This document shows, in pieces, positions 44,874 through 58,211 of a stretch of DNA of 64,000 bases; the stretch's first letter is position 1; the number at the start of each line of letters is the position of its first letter. The translations under genes and the position numbers were made by a program. The stretch spans positions 13,578,001-13,642,000 of the forward strand of contig OZ320323.1 in NCBI GenBank assembly GCA_976226885.1, in the 5' to 3' direction. The notes beneath the pieces are model-generated. The model was given only the letters and a program-made list of their open reading frames with translations, was not told where the DNA came from and searched no databases. Source of the DNA: Iphione sp. A-MEVVRFRX5 (lineage: Eukaryota).

Positions 44874-47800
44874 AAGACCGGGGCAACCAACAGAGATCCC
44901 TCCCATAAGATGAGAGACTCAAACAACCGGACCCTGGACCTGCTGAACATTCTTCTTTGTGTTAGGTGACTTGGTAATAGCTCCCTGTCTTGTCAGGGTT
45001 GTGATCACCAATGTCAACGATGTGACTGTCATGTTGGTTCTTGTTCAGTGTGGCCACTGACGTTCTAGAATATGGTGATATATGAAGGAGCTATATTCAG
45101 CTTAAATAACCCGAGGGTCATGCCTAACCACATTCTCTAGTGCCATGATTGATTCTGATGTGTTGTAGAATTTGTATATTGTAGAATCACCCGCTAAACT
45201 GGGTTCGCATGTACGTCTTATCCGTGAAATTTCAATGGTTTTCATTGTATTTTGTTCATCGACTACAGGCACTTTTTATTCTCGTGTGGAAAAACACGCG
45301 GTAACAGAAGAGTGGGCGGACAGATTTAATAAAGTATAAAACGTTGAGCCTCACAGAATGGAGGGTGGGGGGTTTAGTGGACGGTGCTTACATCAGTGCT
45401 TCATCCCATTGGTTATTTTTACAAATCCCACATGTGTTACGTCTTCTTACTTTACCGGATCAGTATTTGCTTGGAGCCCCCCCCCTTATCTGGACACCAC
45501 TGTTACACCGGATACTCTGGTTATCTGGATTAGACAACTAGTGGACTATACGCAGCTTGGGGTACTGCAGTGTGGAGGGCTGCTGCCTCACTGCTTAAAA
45601 GGAGAGGCATTACCTCTTAAAGTCAGTAGAGTCGTTTGGTTTAGATAACCTTCCCTTACCATGTCTTTCTGTCGGTTTAAAATTGTTATCATTTCATAGA
45701 GTAAATTCACTTGACATTAATAAATGTGTTCCGCTCACCTGTGCGTTGTCTATGCAATACCTTTTTGCATGTTTTTTGCAGGGGGTATCAACTATTTTTG
45801 GTGAAGCATTATTGTTGATTTTAATTTCACGCGAAACGTTATTCACCCTTTTAGATACACGCGAAGCGTTATAAGGCATATCCTGGTGAAGTGCTATCAA
45901 AGAATTAATTCAATGTGAAGCGTTACTTGCCATTCCTTTAAGCATTACAGATGTTCTGAATTCTTGGCGATGCGCTATTTGGTACCCCCTGACCCCCCCT
46001 GTTTTTTATGTGTAGCTTCTCTTTGTTTATTACCAAAAATGGGTAGTTGGTCCTCTGTACGTGGCAAGCAGCCTACTAGCGTGATGCAACCGTAAACAGT
46101 GGAGTTGGCAGCATCCACAACCTTTGGGTGACATGAGTTGTCGTGGGGATATGCTCTGCGTATTGTCTGTGTGACATCACAGATGGGAGTTGCCAAGAAA
46201 CTGCTTACAGCTGCCTTTGTTGACAACCATATTTGGCTGAAACCTATATTATTTTGGTTTTGTTACGGTTTCGAAAATATCTCATCAGGCATCACATCTT
46301 TAAATTTAACATGGTCCCAATAATTTTTTCTTGGCTTTTCTGGCCTGTTTCTAATGTTAAACTGGGTTCCCACCAGCTAATATATCGTCAGCCCCGCACA
46401 GGGGGTACTGCATTTGTGCATTTCCTTCTCAAATAAGTGAATGGTTGATCTAACCATTATACATTCGTTTGTTATAAAAAAAATGTTTAACTAGGCAAAT
46501 GGAATGTATTGGGTGATCAACCATGCACTGCATCCATCACATTCATTCCATATGGCGATGTTATGTGAAGCCTGAATCTGCTTTTCTGCTTTCAGGGTGG
46601 CAAAGCATAAAATCCATCACTGAAATCACCTCGGAGTACTTGGGTCTAAAAAGTAGGATATGTGATCGCTCTTTCAAAAGAAGTGACCGAATTGACGATC
46701 ATTCATTACAAAGGTCGGGACTAACTCTGGGGCGTCCCTACTTCAATGTCACCTTCACTTTTCCGTCCAAGATGAGAGCGAACCCCCCCCCCCCCCCCCT
46801 GTTTGAGGCTCAACCTGAAATCCCGAATTCTGTTGTTCCGAGGTGGTAACAAACTACACTTCACAGTAACAATCTGGGATTATTACATATGCATAAAGCA
46901 TTTATGCCGTAGACGGAGGTGGGTGGTACCTGGGTTTATTGATTACAGTTGTCGATGAAGAACAAGGCGAGGATGGGGGCTGACACACCACGTGGGGGTG
47001 GGGGGGGGGGGAGCCTCCCTCTGTATTGATAGATAGCTGAACTAGTTTTTTTATTTATCAGATGACGTCTCCGTGACCTGCCCTTGCTCGGTTTCGGGAA
47101 TTATATGGGCTTATTTATAGCTTCTAAAAGCAACATAACGGCTGTAAGTCCGACCATATACACAGAACCATAGTACTTATCATCCCACAACTCAATAATC
47201 AATACCCAACCGCTAGTTTGCTTTTTGTTTCATTGTTTTTTCCACACCTTATGGGTCTGTAAAAGCCGGAAAGGGCATTGGTTCATCCAGCATGTACGGA
47301 CATAATGCTACATGCCACATAGTTGCACGCAAATACCGAGTTCTACCCAATGGGTCTTGAAGTGAGCGATAACGAGATGTAACTAACGTAACTTCCACGA
47401 TCTGTTGACAACGTTGAGAACAATACACTTTGAGCTTGGTATCAATTAGGTCCCTGACCACGCTGTCAGCAGAGATGAAGTTATGCTTTTCCTATAGAGA
47501 TTTCATTTCCCAGGAGCCGTCGAGATGTATATATACCAGTGGTTCATGTTCCTATACCATGTATAGCACCACCTATCTTCTAGGCGTTGTTGAATGTCGT
47601 CGACCAAATCCCTTTATATATGACCGGTACCTACAGACCATGGTATCAGATATTAAGTTATGATCACTAGTGCGTTTGCCTATAGCAACGGGAAAGCTAC
47701 ATGGCAATAGTGAAACAATGCTAGAACTATAGAGCATTTAGAGTAACCGGTATGTAAGAGGCATGTTGTGTGACGGTGAAGGTTATCCTTTGTAAAACAT

Positions 47801-50779
47801 ACCTTTTGTAATATGTGTACATGATTTTTTTTTTAAGTTGATATGTAGGTTTTCTCGTAATCTTAATTGACAGAATGCCCTCAGCTATCCAACTAGAATG
47901 GCCTATCACATTACAATTACATTCCTCTTCCCACCTTGATGAGAAATCCCACCAGTAGTAACGCAACTACCACCCATAAGGCTGACATGAATGAATGAAT
48001 GAATGGTTTATTCGCGTCTCTCGTGTTACATGACAAGAGGTCTTCCGGTGAATGCTGTAAGACAGCAAGACTTAATGCTAAGTAACAATTTAAATGAGGA
48101 TAATGGAGAATAATACTAATCGTTACATAATACTTACAGCTGTACACTGACAAGATGCATGAAGCACAGTTGAACAATGACCATTCCCAGCACTAATACA
48201 TCACTTTCAAATGAAACGTTCCTACTGTTAATTTACCCAATTCTCCTAAACTTGCTCAGACAGGCTTCCGCCCTTAGAGATGAATAACTCTGAATGCGCA
48301 CGTATTAAAGTATCTTTATTAAGCATAAAATTGACCTCCAGAACTAGTACGTCACACTCGTGTCGGACGTGGAAAAGGTGTGACCAGGTGATCACTGTAC
48401 ACAGGTTTCATTATTACAGGTAAAAAGAGGCTGTCCCTGTTCTGCAATCCACAGGAATGATCAGACGTAGAGGTTGGTATAAAATGACAAGGCTCTGCAA
48501 CCACGGTCGTATTAAAAAAAATTATCCAAGCAGACAATACAAATGAAAAGGAACCCTTGAGTTTTTGTTGTTCTGTCAAATTCAGGACTTCTCTCCCCCC
48601 CCCCCTCCCAGTCAATGACTATGGTACCGCAGAATAGTGTGGTTCTTATATAAGGGTCAAGCATCCATAAACAGCTTGGTTTACAATGGTCGATCACCCG
48701 AGAATACTAGTCACATAATGGTAAATCATGTAAGAATGGCATTATGCTTATATAATATATATATATATATATAAATCTATTGGGTCAATTATCTTACAGG
48801 TGGGAGGCCTTATACAGTGAGGGACACTAAGAACAGCATATTTATATCATGTTGGGTCATTCAAGAAATGTTTGTTTCTTTTATATTAGGGGATAAGTTT
48901 AGAGCAGTGGCATGCTGATATTAATGTGGAACACATCAGAACTCTTTGGTACTTTCATGATAATGTCTTCTGAAGGAAAAAGTACGGCTGTTTACCTGAT
49001 GTTCGTTCACCCCAAAACAATGTCTTTCTTAAACAGAGGTGCAACATCCCAGAAACAGTAGTTTCTTACAGAGTGGTGAAACACCTGGGAATATTGTGGT
49101 TCTTGCAAAATGGTAGATCATGTGGGACCAGTGGGAATTTGTTTTTAACATAGTGGTGTATCACCCTAAATATGGGGTGCTCTCATGTAAGTGACCAATC
49201 ACTGAATAGCTGTGAGGCTTTTATAAAATGGCAGAACACCTGAGAACAGTGTGGCTCTTACATAATGGCAGAGTTTATTTTTTCAATGGTGGTTCCATAG
49301 GGGGGGCACTGGCTACAGGAATTCATCAAGTTTATCCCATTCTTGCAAAAAGGCAACTAGTTGGGAGGGCTGATTCGTAGGTATTTAAGGTGTAAAAAAT
49401 TGTTTTCATCATTACAAGCTCAAATGTGCAACATTCATTCAAGAGTTTGAAAAACAAGTCACTGGGGTGACGCTGGTGGAATGGACCGACTAATAAATGT
49501 CAAAAATATAAAAAGAGGGGCCTTCAAATGATCCGCCCCTAAATACGATACAAACTACATCAAAAAGCTAATATAATGAGATACAGCCAAAAGCAATGCA
49601 TTGAACAGTACAACCTCAAACACAACACATAACACGCGTACAGGTTTACTGAGAAAATTAGACGTGCTGTTAAAGAAAAGGGGAAGGCAGAGCTACTGCT
49701 TGTTTCAACTAAGCTCAGTAAAATGAATATTTTGCTCATCAGTGAACTGAATATTTTGCTCATCTTAGTATGTAGTCCCATCCACTCAACTTTCAAAAAT
49801 TTCATACCAAAATTGGTAAAAACGTTCGTGAAAATAAATACAATTATGTGAATATACAGTATCTTTTTGAGCTTCCGTGTGGTTTGAGAAAACATTAATA
49901 AATGCAAGTGTTGGTGGGACAGATGTGACTGGAAACTGCCTTTCCAGAGATGAATGTGCATTTCGCGATGGTTCATGCGTCACAATAACTGTGTACAGAG
50001 TTTTCATTTACCACAAGGAACCCTGCCTCCTGTGATTCACACCACTAACATGAATGCTAAATTGCCGGGAAGTGGCGAAAACTCCTATGACCAAAAAGCA
50101 AGCATTGTTAACGCGCGCGCCAAGCAGTAGCCTTATGTACATATGAACTTTACCCTGTGTATGAGCTTGTGAAACGCAACTTCATTTTGCAGCCTGCCTG
50201 ACCCGTCCTTCGACCAACCAACACATGTCTAAAGCTTGACTCAGTCCAATGCCAACTCATATGCCTGCTTACTTTAGTTTTTTTTTTTTTTTTTTTTTAG
50301 CTTGAAACCATCCTTAGCCAGTTGCTAGTTCCATTCACGACCAAGAGACACTGACATAACATACACATCATATTAATTTTGACGGTGAAAATACACTGAT
50401 TCCATGCTGGCCCCTCATAAGGAAAGGAGTTTCCCCAATTTTAAGTGAGTTCAAAATCTTGCTTTAACTAGAATGTACAGGTCAACTAAGACTAATTATG
50501 TCATCTGGTGCAAATTATAGATATATACAATGTGTATTCACTTATTCAGATATGTTCATCTGCGAGTGCTTGAAATCGGTTCTCTTAGAAAGTATATATA
50601 TATGGATGCCTCAAATGCCATTTGGGAGAATTATATATGCACTTGTTGGTCAGCGAAGAACGGTGGTCAAAAAGGAGCCTATATATTTCATTGTCATCAA
50701 ATCGAATACCTGAGCTGTTGGCAGTCGGTACCATTCCCCATGTCGACAGCGACTGAGTATGTGTTGTGGACAACTTAGG

Positions 50780-51210
50780 TGGACTGGACACCAACTTGTT
50801 GGTATCACTCCCACAGTCATGGATGACTGAACATGTACAGGGAAAAACTAGGGTAGACTGGCTACCAACTTGTTGGTATCACTCCCACAGTCTTGGGTGA
50901 CTAAAACATGTACTGGGAATAACTTGGGTAGACTGGATACCAACTTGCTGGTATCACTCCCACAGTCATGGGTGACTGAACATGTACAGGCAATAACTTG
51001 GGTAGACTGGACACCAACTTGTTGGTATCATGCCCACAGTCATGGGTGACTGAACATGTACAGGGAATAACTTGGGTAGACTGGGCACCAACTTGTTGGT
51101 ATCACTCCCAACATGGGTAGACTGGATACCAACTTGCTGGTATCACTCCCACAATCATGATGTGACTGAGCGTGTACAGTGACTAACTTGGGTAGACTGG
51201 ACCCTGACTT
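50780..51210. repeat. ~73-75-bp tandem repeat, ~5.5 copies, with internal hairpin ACCAACTTGTTGGT
   Basis: Unit GGGTAGACTGGACACCAACTTGTTGGTATCACTCCCACAGTCATGGGTGACTGAACATGTACAGGGAATAACTT; one copy is internally deleted. Confidence 0.92.
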
Positions 51211-53088
51211 GTTGATACTGGTACCACTTTAACAAGTGCCTCATCATGTACAATTAAATGGCCATGTTCGACATGACACCAACCTGCCGGTACCATTCCC
51301 CAAGATGATGATGACTGGGCCTGTACAGCAAATAAGGTGGGCTGGGCACCAAGCTGTCACTACCGTTTCCTAAGTTGACTGTGACTGAGCATGCAGTGAC
51401 TAACCAGGGTGGTCGGCACACCACCTTCAGCACAACTAGAGATGTTGGGGTTTCCTCTCCCACTGTCAGGCAAGAAGCCACCTAGTTCTTCACTATGATT
51501 CATTCTTTCTTCGAATGAAACAACTGGGTCGATTATTTACATATCCCAAACATACGATGAAAAAAAAAAAGACCACCACAAGGTCAACCAAAGGTCACCC
51601 ATATAGAGCCACACTATTCTGGGTGTCACCAAGCCTGCAGCATACATGTCATGTAGGAACAGTTTTTGTCTTCGTTGATCTGTCATAGGGTCACGTCAAC
51701 CGTTTGAAAACACAGGGTTCCCTGAAACAATCAGCAGGGATGAAGACCATTTTTAAAAACAAATGAAATGTAAGATGGAGAGCAGCCCCCTTCAGCATGC
51801 TGCTCATTCTGCGTCAAGGAACAATGAGACCTTTTCTTAGTGCCACCCAGTGAGAGGATGACATTTGTTTTGTTTAGTTTTTCAAACAGAATTATCGGCA
51901 GTTGCTGCCACATCCAGTAGAAGAACGCTCACTCGCCCCAAATTCACCTACAGGTACCATCTGAAAGACAATTATACGCGCTAATGACTTCTTTGTGTTA
52001 AAAAAAACACTTTCTCACGCTGTAAACAGCTCTTTCCTCAATCAAAACTCGCTGACATACATGTGTAGGCAATTTTGGCCCCTTTTCTTAAGTATACAAG
52101 AATGCAATGGACAATGCGTCTCTCTCTCTCTCTCTCTCTCTTTCAATAAAATCCTCTTAAGCTAATTGATAAAATAAAAGTTATCGCAATTACCTAGAAA
52201 ACGAACAGTAAAACGCATCCATGCCACAATGCCTGCTGGAAGTGTGTTATTTAGGTTGTGCTTATCAACAAAGAAGCAGAGAACATTTCATAAAAACCAA
52301 TGTCTCGTTTTCCCCCTTTTAATGGACAGTGGAATCCCTCTACAAAGACCACCATCAGTTCATCAAAGTTGAGTCTCCTTGGGAGAGAACATCCTACAAT
52401 GATATAAACGTTCTTTCTTTAGTGGAAGAGGCATCTTTAACAGAGCCTGTCTTGTACATTCTGTTAAGTGTTTGCTCAATCGTTATTAGATCCTCTGCAT
52501 CGACCAAGTGTGTGGAAAGAATGTTAGCATTTCTATCGATATTCTTTTTTTCACAACATGCAATGAAACAGCAAAATAATATAATTTGAGAGAGTAAACA
52601 ATAAGTTTAATTAATAATGTACAAATGTAATCCAAAGACCACCAGCATCGACTTTATCACTCTATATCGAAGCATGTTGAGAAATGACGTCTGAATATAT
52701 TCTGGGCGCTGTCTCAAATGACTGAATGTTTGACCCCCAATGAAAACCGAACCTGGTTTGTCACAGACAGATGCTCCACATTTGATCGAAGGCAATGTAC
52801 ACTGATGTGATGGAGAATTGGTAGCATATAGGCAATGTGATATACAAATATAAACATCTGCAGAAATGACAGCACATTGTTCAAAAACTGTATCTTTGGG
52901 ACTTACGAGTCAGTAGTGCGCAAGGTAAAAGGCATCTGAATACGCCCCAACAATGAATGATGAAATACTGCAACGCTCCCAAATCTGGCTATTATAATTA
53001 ATGGTATGATGTACATTGGATCTTCCTCTAGAGGAATACTAATCAGGCCCAATCATGCCAGACTCCAGCCACCGCTGACACTTGCAGT

Positions 53089-53360
53089 CAGTCTGTGCTG
53101 CCAGCCTGCGGTGTCAGGTCTGCCCTGGCAGTTTATTGTGTTAGTCTACAAAGTCTATCTGCTCTGTCAGTCGGGTTTTTTTTAATGCATACAGACTGGT
53201 TAGTCTGTTGTGTCAGTCTGTGCTGTCAGCCTGCTGTGTCAGGTCTGCCCTGGCAGTTTATTGTGTTAGTCTACAAAGTCTATCTGCTCTGTCAGTCGGT
53301 TTTTTTTATGCATACAGACTGGTTAGTCTGTTGTGTCAGTCTGTGCTGTCAGCCTGCCAC
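53089..53360. repeat. ~124-bp tandem repeat, ~2.2 copies, built from CAGTCTG-like subrepeats
   Basis: GTCTGTGCTG recurs at 53091, 53216 and 53339. Confidence 0.85.
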
Positions 53361-54692
53361 ATCAGACTTGTGCTATCAGCCTTAAATGTCAGTCTGCCGT
53401 GTCAGTATGCAGTAAGTCAGTTTGCTCAGTCGATATGTGTAATACGGATCTGCCGTAGCAATCTGCTGTTACACTGTGCTGGCAGTCTACTATGTCAGCC
53501 TGCAGTCATTCTGTGCTGGCATTTTTGTGCAAACTCTCAGGGTTTTTTTGGACTAACAAGACCAAGAGAGATTTGTCTTCACCACAGGACTAGGATTTCT
53601 TTCAACAGACTGGCACATGGCAGCCTGGCATGATCTGGCTGCACATTCACGACCACTTCTGTATGACAGTAAACATTCAAGCCTGAACATCTCGGAAAAT
53701 TCTGTTCCTGAATACATCGAAAACCTTGCCACGGTGAAAACTTTCATTTTACTGTACACTACTTACAATGCACGGATTATTTCGTCTTCGCAAAGGGGAT
53801 AGAAACGGTTCAGAAAAAGTAGAAATACCTTACAAACGAGTTAGCAATTGGTTCCCAGCGTCACCAATAGGCAATTACAACATGAGGACATCTTGTTCAG
53901 ATACACAACTTTACACATCTGAAGTGTGAGTAAAATATACGTAATTGAATATACATATCTGCATATATTTGCCCGATTTAAGAAACCTATGATATTTTCA
54001 TAACACTATTGAGAAGCAACGTTTATGTCATGTTTCACTTGTCACATCCAATCCTTCTGGCGTTAATAAGGAAGGCTGGCACTGCCCTTCATTTACACAC
54101 AGCTCACCCTTCGTTTCTCAGATCTATCTTCTCAATGTTATATATGTATATATATATATATCAAAAAAAATAAGGGTTGGACACGATTACGGACATATGA
54201 TTTCTCTGACCATCAATCTGGTGTCTTCAAAGTGTCGACTTAGAGAGATTTTGATCCTCCCCTATTGCAAAGATGGCCACACACTACTGGTTTACTTCCG
54301 AAGTCTGGTTTTACAAAACACCATATCTAGCCATAATACTGGTTCCTCCTCTTTGGGCAACCCTTATCAAATCAGTCCTAGAAATGTGTGCTTTCCAGGA
54401 GCCAGGCCGAGTAGAAAATACGTTTCGTATACATGTATTCTATTTCTTTTCATTTTTTTTTGTTTAAATCTGTGCCATTGGGAGGTGGCTGCTGACTGTG
54501 GTTTGTGTGGATCGTGGAGAGGACTGGCGCTCCTCCTCCTCCTCCTCCTTCTGCAGCTGATATCGACACTAAGTGGACACCGCCCGCTAAGTACGGGCGA
54601 TAAGGCAGTGGCGGGGGGTGGGTGGGTGGGTGGGTGGGCGGTGTAGCTAAGAGAGTCCAACCAACCTGAGAGACAGGCTTACCCAGCATTCA

Positions 54693-57600
54693 CTACACCG
54701 ACCATTTGGACTTCTGAGCCTGGATATCACTTCTGAGGTTCTGGGCAAAGCAAATGCCAAGAATCTGCGGGAGAAAAAAGAGAAAAGGCAAACCAAATCA
54801 TATGACCTATCAACACAAAAATTAACAGTGGAAAGCATCTGGATCACGGTAGTGATTCGCTATCTAACGTCATGCCGGTGTAAATTAATCAGTACACGTG
54901 GAATGGCAAGGGTCAATAATGAAAGCAAAATGATCTATTGCGAGGCATCACTGGGAAAGGTCAGGGGGGAAACATGCTGAAATAGAAGTGCAAGAATGGT
55001 AATCGGTACTGAATTAAACTAAACATTTTAAATAAATTCTGAAGCAAGCGACAATGGTTTCAAGCTCCAGGTTTCCAATTGAAAGTTTTGTTCTAGTTTT
55101 TTAAAGACGTAATTTGTATGATTTTCGCACGAAAACATTAATAATCTGAACCATGATTCAAACTACCATAAAGAAGATACACGTTTATCTACGATGTTCA
55201 TCGTCAGATAAAATGATGTTCTGGGGATATATATTTTTGGGACTTGGTACAACAAGTTAACAATTTGGAGTGAGCTCAAACTTTTATGAATGGGAATGAG
55301 AAGTTAGTAAATAAGGAGGAGTATTTGCCTCTACTCTTGAGAACTTCATTCAAATCATGCAGCAGGAAATACTGAAACAATGGTACACAGCAAGACTCAC
55401 ACACACAGACAGAGAACGAGTCACAATGTGGACAGTTTCCATGATGCCAATTCCATCCGTTTGTCTAGTAATGGCCACTTAAGATTACGAATCAGAATTC
55501 AAGTAGCGTTTCTTCAGAACAGAAGGCTGTCTGCATTGTGACATTCTACAGTAGACACATCTAATAAAGAAAACAGGGAGTTTAATGCGAGAAAGGAACA
55601 CAACTAAGCCACAAGGTGTTAGCGTGGGAGGACGGACAACGATTACACTCGTCTCCTTGACAGTTGCGGGACCAAAAGCACCGAGTGATAGAGAACACAT
55701 TTTCGTCTTCTTTTTTTAAATTTATAGACGTGAGCAATGAACGTGATGAGGGTTCTTGTTTGAGTTAACCCATTACTTTGTCAATCGGCGGTGGAGTTCT
55801 GCTCTCTCTCTCTCCCTCTCTCTCTCTCTCTCTTGACTACCCCCTCTGTGACAGTATGTCACTGCGCAGGTTTGTACCGAAACATATGCCAAGAATCTGT
55901 GAGGAAAGGGAGGTAAAAGGCAAGACGGGGGTTATTCAGTGTGTCCCGTCACCTGGAGACGACAAGCATACGTGTCTCGTCGAGGAGGTCGGGGATTCAT
56001 TGGTTCAGAAGATGCTTCCTTTCTCCTGTGCTGACACTTATTCTGGGTACGACTTAAGATTGTGTCTAGGAAAACAATACAGGTTCGCTACAGATAACAA
56101 AATATCAGAAACCCAAAAGGACCAAAATTCGAAAAAAAAGGAGACATCAAGCAAGAAAAAGAGCAAAGCCATCCAAACAAAAAAAGGGCCTAGGTTTCCC
56201 AGTGAGTTTGATATATGTAATCACTGGTACACTAGATACAGCGGAGACTGTCTGCATCGTTGTGAATTGGCATGTTCGTGGTAGATGGAGGGGGAACACC
56301 AATAGCGTGGAAGATTTCACCAAAAAAAAAGTAAGCAAGTACTTCTCACAAGATCAACGCCCTCCTTATTCCTTTAAATATTTATGTTTGAGACACCGAA
56401 CAAGACACTTTGAGCGTCCATTGGTGGGGAGCTCGCTGCATATGAACCAAGAGTAAACTACTGTATCAACCTTCGTTTCTGTAACTGGTACTGAGATAAT
56501 CACCTTACCATTCAATCTCATTCATATACATTTGTTATCGAGCAATCAAGATCGGAGACCATTATACATCGCATATTTTGACGATAAGAAATAAAAATGT
56601 CAATCAATCTACAATCAAGAGTTCACTGCTGCTACAGGCAAAAGAAACACACCTTCTAGATCATTAGCCCTCCCCCGAAGGTCACTCACTTTACGCTTTG
56701 GACTTCTGGGGCCTTAGGTAGGTATTTCCTACATCCCTTCAGTGTTCCCATTTTCTAAAATTAAAACTACGTGAAAAGCTACATACTGTATAGACACAGT
56801 GTAACCACTACCACCTCGGATGTCCGTCAGTTTACAAAAACAATTCAAAGTGTGTGTTTGTGTGTGATTCGGGGGGATGGGGGGGGGGACACAAAGTAAA
56901 GAAGTGACACAGGAGGGAATAAAAATGCTCCGTCTTTACCGTTCAGCTCTGGGTGGGGACATTGGAACAAAACTCTTTGAGTATGTCTGAGGCTGGGGGC
57001 ATATCCAATCTAGCAATGCCTGAGAGTAGAAGGGGCTGACTGTATATATAAACATGTCTAGTCATAGTAGAGCTAAACAAAGCCTATAAATTCACTTGGA
57101 AAATGTCATGTATACATGAATATATATACATGAACATATATATATATATATATATATATATGTAATATTCACACCTGCCCTGTATGGTAACGTACTAAAA
57201 TATCCACCAGGCTAGCACAATGTCCTAAGTTTAATTAACCTATACATTGTTGACTTTAGGTGCTGTACATGTCATTGTATGGAACGCCCTGCAAAGAGTA
57301 TAGTATAGAGAAGAGATACTCCTTAACTTTACAGAATGGCTTCCTTTTTTTGTTTTGTTTTTTTTGTAGAACTTGAGCTGCCCATTTCCTAAATGGATGG
57401 ATGGATAAGCACTGTAGAATTTTGTCATCTCGTGACCCCCCCAACAACAAGCAATTTGGCAGTTCTGCTCACCCACTAACACGGAGAGGCGTTCTCACAG
57501 GACCGTGACGCTCTGCCTCAAATGTAGTACACTGAGAAACAACCTATCCCACAGTCCTGAAAGGGGAACCCCCCTAATACTACTGACCTGAAGTATACAC

Positions 57601-58162
57601 ACTGTCTGTAGCTTCACTGGAGGTCATAACCTTCTGACCTCTTGAACTGGAAAACGTATGACCCTTCTGTATATAACTTTTTGGTTTCGTCCGGTAGGTA
57701 AAAACCACACGTGGAATTTTCAAGATACAAATGCCTCCCCTATTTAAAACACCACTAAGATCACGTAGCTGAAAATTGCTTTCCTGGTGACAAACGTTCG
57801 TCGAATACAAGCGTTGGAACATTTAGCCATGTGCTACTGGCGCCAGAAACATGCTGTTTCGTCTGTAGTTTGAAAAAAAAAAGACATTCTGCAGCAAATC
57901 CTCTCAGCTCACTCGCAGGAATATGGCCAAGGTAATCTTGCAGATGACATTTACCATCTCTTACTTAGTCATATTGACAGAATGTTCATCCCAAAGCTTA
58001 GCCCCCGCCGTCTGTCTCCAGAGTGATTACAACGTCTACGAACAAGGTCTCCAGCTAATCATTGAGGAGGACCTGCGGACCATATTCATCTCGCAAAAGA
58101 ACACCTTGTAACAGTGATAAAAATGTCGGTACCGCCTTCTGTCCTAAGTTCACCCTTTACCA

Positions 58163-58211
<49 letters not shown>

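Noticed and set aside
49560-50010. Possible hAT transposase remnant (QFPVTSVP resembling the dimerisation motif)
   Set aside because: A single short motif with no supporting frame or termini.
50780-51210. CRISPR-like look (palindromic repeat at regular spacing); also considered for 30437-30682 and 38920-39252
   Set aside because: The intervening sequence is itself repeated (no unique spacers), there are no cas genes, and the context is spliceosomal-intron eukaryotic DNA.
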